A stretch of 11,042 nt of DNA from a bacterium. Lineage in GTDB: Bacteria; CALINM01. The stretch spans positions 1 through 11,042 of the forward strand of contig JBEQAF010000071.1 in NCBI GenBank assembly GCA_041640455.1, read 5' to 3'. The notes beneath the pieces were generated by a model. It was given only the letters and a program-made list of their open reading frames with translations. It was not told the origin of the DNA and did not search any database. The translations under genes were made by a program, and so were the position numbers. Of this stretch, positions 8,765-11,042 are shown piece after piece. Every line of letters starts with the position of its first letter. The stretch's first letter is position 1.

Positions 8765-9234
8765 TTTTTACCTTCCTCAAGAAATTTATTTATTTCCTGC
8801 TTCGAAATATTAATCTCTTCTATTTTCTCGAGAGCCTCATAGTTTACCTTTCCTTCTATACTAAGCCTTTTTCTGTCTTCTTCTGTGAGCCCTCTTACTC
8901 CTGCTATGGCGGTAGTCTCTTCTGATGCCCTTTTTCTACCACTTTCTTTAACATCTTCCTTTTTAGCACCTATTCTATCTAAGGGCGGATTTTTATCCAG
9001 AAGAAAAACCGATATATAGCCCTCCTGATTATTAAATCTTATCTTTCCCCAGTTGCGAGTTTTTTCTATAAGCTCAACTTTGCCACCTTTGTTAATAACA
9101 GCTATAACCTGACCATCAAAGGCAGGTTTACTGAACACCTTTGCCTGCTCAGACTGAACATAATAAACATCCTGAGCATAGGCAATACTCACAGTCAGAA
9201 TAAACATGAAGATAAAAAAAAGCATCTTTCTCAT
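8761..9234 (-). CDS. Exported bacterial SH3-domain protein (157 aa; start revised from TTG 9309 to ATG 9234)
   Basis: AAGGAGG SD (9246-9240) sits 5 nt before ATG 9234. Signal peptide MRKMLFFIFMFILTVSIAYA-Q, SH3b pattern VFSKP....VIAVINKGGKVELIE....WGKIRFNNQEGYIS, then a C-terminal TTAIAGVRGL helical region. ATGA overlap with the M48 gene. Confidence 0.85.
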   Translation of the reverse strand: MRKMLFFIFMFILTVSIAYAQDVYYVQSEQAKVFSKPAFDGQVIAVINKGGKVELIEKTRNWGKIRFNNQEGYISVFLLDKNPPLDRIGAKKEDVKESGRKRASEETTAIAGVRGLTEEDRKRLSIEGKVNYEALEKIEEINISKQEINKFLEEGKK

Positions 9235-9279
9235 AAAATCCTCCTTCTGGCAATGCTGATAATCATCTGCCCTATTGAA

Positions 9280-9309
9280 AAGGTAACCACAAAAAAAGTA
9301 GATTGTCAA
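9280..9309 (-). promoter_or_regulatory. Putative sigma70 promoter of the SH3-M48-barrel operon
   Basis: Minus strand: consensus TTGACA (9309-9304), 18-nt spacer, TACCTT (9285-9280, TAnnnT), within the 87-nt intergenic gap. Confidence 0.5.
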
Positions 9310-9321
9310 TGATGAGGAATA

Positions 9322-10623
9322 TTATTTTGAATTAACAGGCGAGATATTATGGGGAACTCTAATCTCTATGGTTGAAAAAGCCTCATTTCCAGAGCTATCT
9401 TTAGCAGAGTAGGTAATGGTGTAAACTCTACCTTCCTTTGTTTTTCCACTTCTTTCTGCCCTCAGATAAAAATCCCTGTCATCGGTACCCAGCTCTGCAC
9501 TGGAGTAGAAGATATCTTTTGTTTCTTCACTGGATTCAATGGATACAAGCCTGACCTGCGGATTGGGGTCAGTATCATCGTAAACTGTTATTATCGGTGT
9601 AATTCTTACAAATTTGCTATTTGGCGGCCAGAGTATCTGCTGATTCTCAGGCAGTGATATAGTTATCCTCGGAGGAGTATTATCTATGTTGACATAGGCA
9701 AGTCTTGTTGGTCCAGCCCCTACAGATATCTGAGAGCTTACAATCAGATTGTCAATATTTAATACCGAAAGATTATTGGAACCATAGTTTGCGGTGCAGG
9801 CATATTTCCCTTGCGGCAAAGCCACCACCGCTAATGGTGTTGTCCCCACCTGCAGACTGGTCAACACATATCTGTTTACAGAATCAAATATTACAGCCAT
9901 ACCTGCAGTATTGGTAATTATTAGTAATGGCGAGTCAGGAACGGCAGTAATGGCAGTAGGTATACATGGGATGCGGTAGGTGCCTTCCAGTCTGTTTGTG
10001 GCTGTATCAATTATATTTACATAACAGCCATGGGAGAAAAATGAGGGCACATATACCTTGTTATTGTCATTGCTTACCGTTACCCCGCTGGGCTGTCTCA
10101 TAAGGTATATACTGGTTACCACACTTTTTTGGATAAGATCCACACAGGTAACCGAGTTTCCCCATTTGTTGTTAATGTATGCATATCTGCCTGTTCTGTC
10201 CAGAACCATATGGTTTGGAGTAAAGCCAACAGGAATTTTTGTAATAAAAGACCTGCCTGTAAGATCATAGAATCCTAAAAAACCTGCATATTCAAGAATG
10301 TAGAGAATATTGCCATCCTTTGATACCTCCAGCGCTGAGGGGTAGTTGTCCACAGGGATGGTATCGATTACAGTCTTTGATTGCAGATCAACTACACTGA
10401 TCGTATTCTGTCCCGAGTTTGCCACATATACAAATCTGCCATTGGGATGAACCGCAATGGATTCAGGGATCATCCCCACTTTGATAGTATGGGTTACCCT
10501 TTTATCTTCAAAATCTATAAGAGATATGGTTTCATCAATTTTATTTACCGAGATTAGAAAATCCTTAGCTATTAGATCTGTAGAGGTCAAAAAGATTAGA
10601 AACAGAATTATAAACTGTTTCAT
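9322..10623 (-). CDS. Secreted YVTN-repeat (YncE-like) 7-bladed beta-propeller with C-terminal Ig-like domain
   Basis: Signal peptide, then seven ~41-44 aa repeats (e.g. RFVYVANSGQNTISVVDLQSKTVIDTIPVDNYPSALEVSKDG), then a ~120 aa beta domain DNTPP...LWPPNSK...LRAERSG...GRVYTITYSAKDSSGN...VPHN. Confidence 0.88.
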   Translation of the reverse strand: MKQFIILFLIFLTSTDLIAKDFLISVNKIDETISLIDFEDKRVTHTIKVGMIPESIAVHPNGRFVYVANSGQNTISVVDLQSKTVIDTIPVDNYPSALEVSKDGNILYILEYAGFLGFYDLTGRSFITKIPVGFTPNHMVLDRTGRYAYINNKWGNSVTCVDLIQKSVVTSIYLMRQPSGVTVSNDNNKVYVPSFFSHGCYVNIIDTATNRLEGTYRIPCIPTAITAVPDSPLLIITNTAGMAVIFDSVNRYVLTSLQVGTTPLAVVALPQGKYACTANYGSNNLSVLNIDNLIVSSQISVGAGPTRLAYVNIDNTPPRITISLPENQQILWPPNSKFVRITPIITVYDDTDPNPQVRLVSIESSEETKDIFYSSAELGTDDRDFYLRAERSGKTKEGRVYTITYSAKDSSGNEAFSTIEIRVPHNISPVNSK

Positions 10624-10629
10624 ATTACA

Positions 10630-10657
10630 AATATATCATAGAATTTTCATTTTGCAA
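10630..10657 (-). promoter_or_regulatory. Putative sigma70 promoter (extended -10) placed for leaderless transcription of the YVTN gene
   Basis: Minus strand: AT-rich UP-like tract, TTGCAA (10657-10652), 16-nt spacer, TGaTATATT (-10 at 10635-10630), 6 nt, ATG (10623). No SD. Confidence 0.6.
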
Positions 10658-10693
10658 GTGTAAAAATTTTTAAGTTTTTTTTAACTGTACTAA

Positions 10694-11041
10694 TCAGTCT
10701 ACAAAGAGTTTTGAGATATCTTTTTCTTTTTTCAGCTCGTCTATGAGTGCCATAAGATGGCTGCGGTTTTTATATTTTACTGTAAAGAGGACTTCAATCT
10801 TATTTTCTTCAATCAGATAGTTCTCTCTATATTCTTCTACGTTAAGATTTATTTTTTTAAGAAGATTATCCAGAAAGTTTCTTATCTCCTTATTGTAAGA
10901 GCATGTGATTATTATGTTCGAATATCTGTCTGCAGGGAGCAGAAACTCAAGCTTTTTCAGCACCATGAGGTTTATCAACACAATAAGGGTGGTTACAATT
11001 GCAATAAGATACTCTCCCATACCCACTGCTACTCCAACGGC
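10694..11041 (-). CDS. MgtC/SapB family membrane protein, C-terminal part (5'-truncated by the window edge)
   Basis: The frame stays open to the window edge: AVGVAVGMGEYLIAIVTTLIVLINLMVLKKLE matches the last TM helices of MgtC/SapB (AxGxAxGxG.Y..A). It is followed by a beta-alpha-beta-beta-alpha-beta ACT-like domain. The listed start at 11026 is internal. Confidence 0.8.
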   Translation of the reverse strand, partial: AVGVAVGMGEYLIAIVTTLIVLINLMVLKKLEFLLPADRYSNIIITCSYNKEIRNFLDNLLKKINLNVEEYRENYLIEENKIEVLFTVKYKNRSHLMALIDELKKEKDISKLFVD

Positions 11042-11042
11042 A

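Noticed and set aside
9235..9309. 25-aa N-terminal extension of the SH3 ORF starting at TTG 9309
   Set aside because: The TTG is part of the TTGACA -35 box. ATG 9234 has an AAGGAGG SD and gives a clean signal peptide.
9685..10560. Periodic repeats in the YVTN gene considered as a DNA repeat or CRISPR-like array
   Set aside because: The repeats are visible only at protein level (propeller blades) and are highly diverged in DNA; there is no repeat-spacer structure.
5397..10663. Short plus-strand ORFs at 5397, 5841, 7525, 8502, 9705, 9794, 10058 and 10457, and the out-of-frame minus ORF at 8116-8307
   Set aside because: They overlap confident CDSs and show no motifs; expected by chance.
10661..10672. 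Perfect 12-bp palindrome TAAAAATTTTTA upstream of the YVTN promoter
   Set aside because: A/T-only, too weak for a terminator and likely by chance in an AT-rich gap; more simply a UP-element-like tract.

Overview
AT-rich bacterial chromosomal window from a diderm (it encodes an outer-membrane beta-barrel), with two convergent gene blocks meeting at a bidirectional intrinsic terminator (~4792-4816). Plus strand: 3' end of mltG, M42 aminopeptidase, argS, a SPOR-domain membrane protein, a divergent tatC, then a DUF948/YtxH pair with its own probable promoter. Minus strand, in transcription order: 3' part of an MgtC/SapB gene, a secreted YVTN beta-propeller with a C-terminal Ig-like domain, a coupled SH3 protein / M48 metalloprotease / FadL-PorV-like barrel operon, yjbQ, phoH and a small exported protein with an internal repeat. 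I found no RNA genes, CRISPR arrays or mobile elements. The best leads are (1) the SH3-M48-barrel envelope module with its own promoter, (2) a TatC apparently lacking the twin-arginine recognition residues, and (3) two promoters placed to give leaderless mRNAs. All family calls come from motif recognition by eye; no database searches were run.
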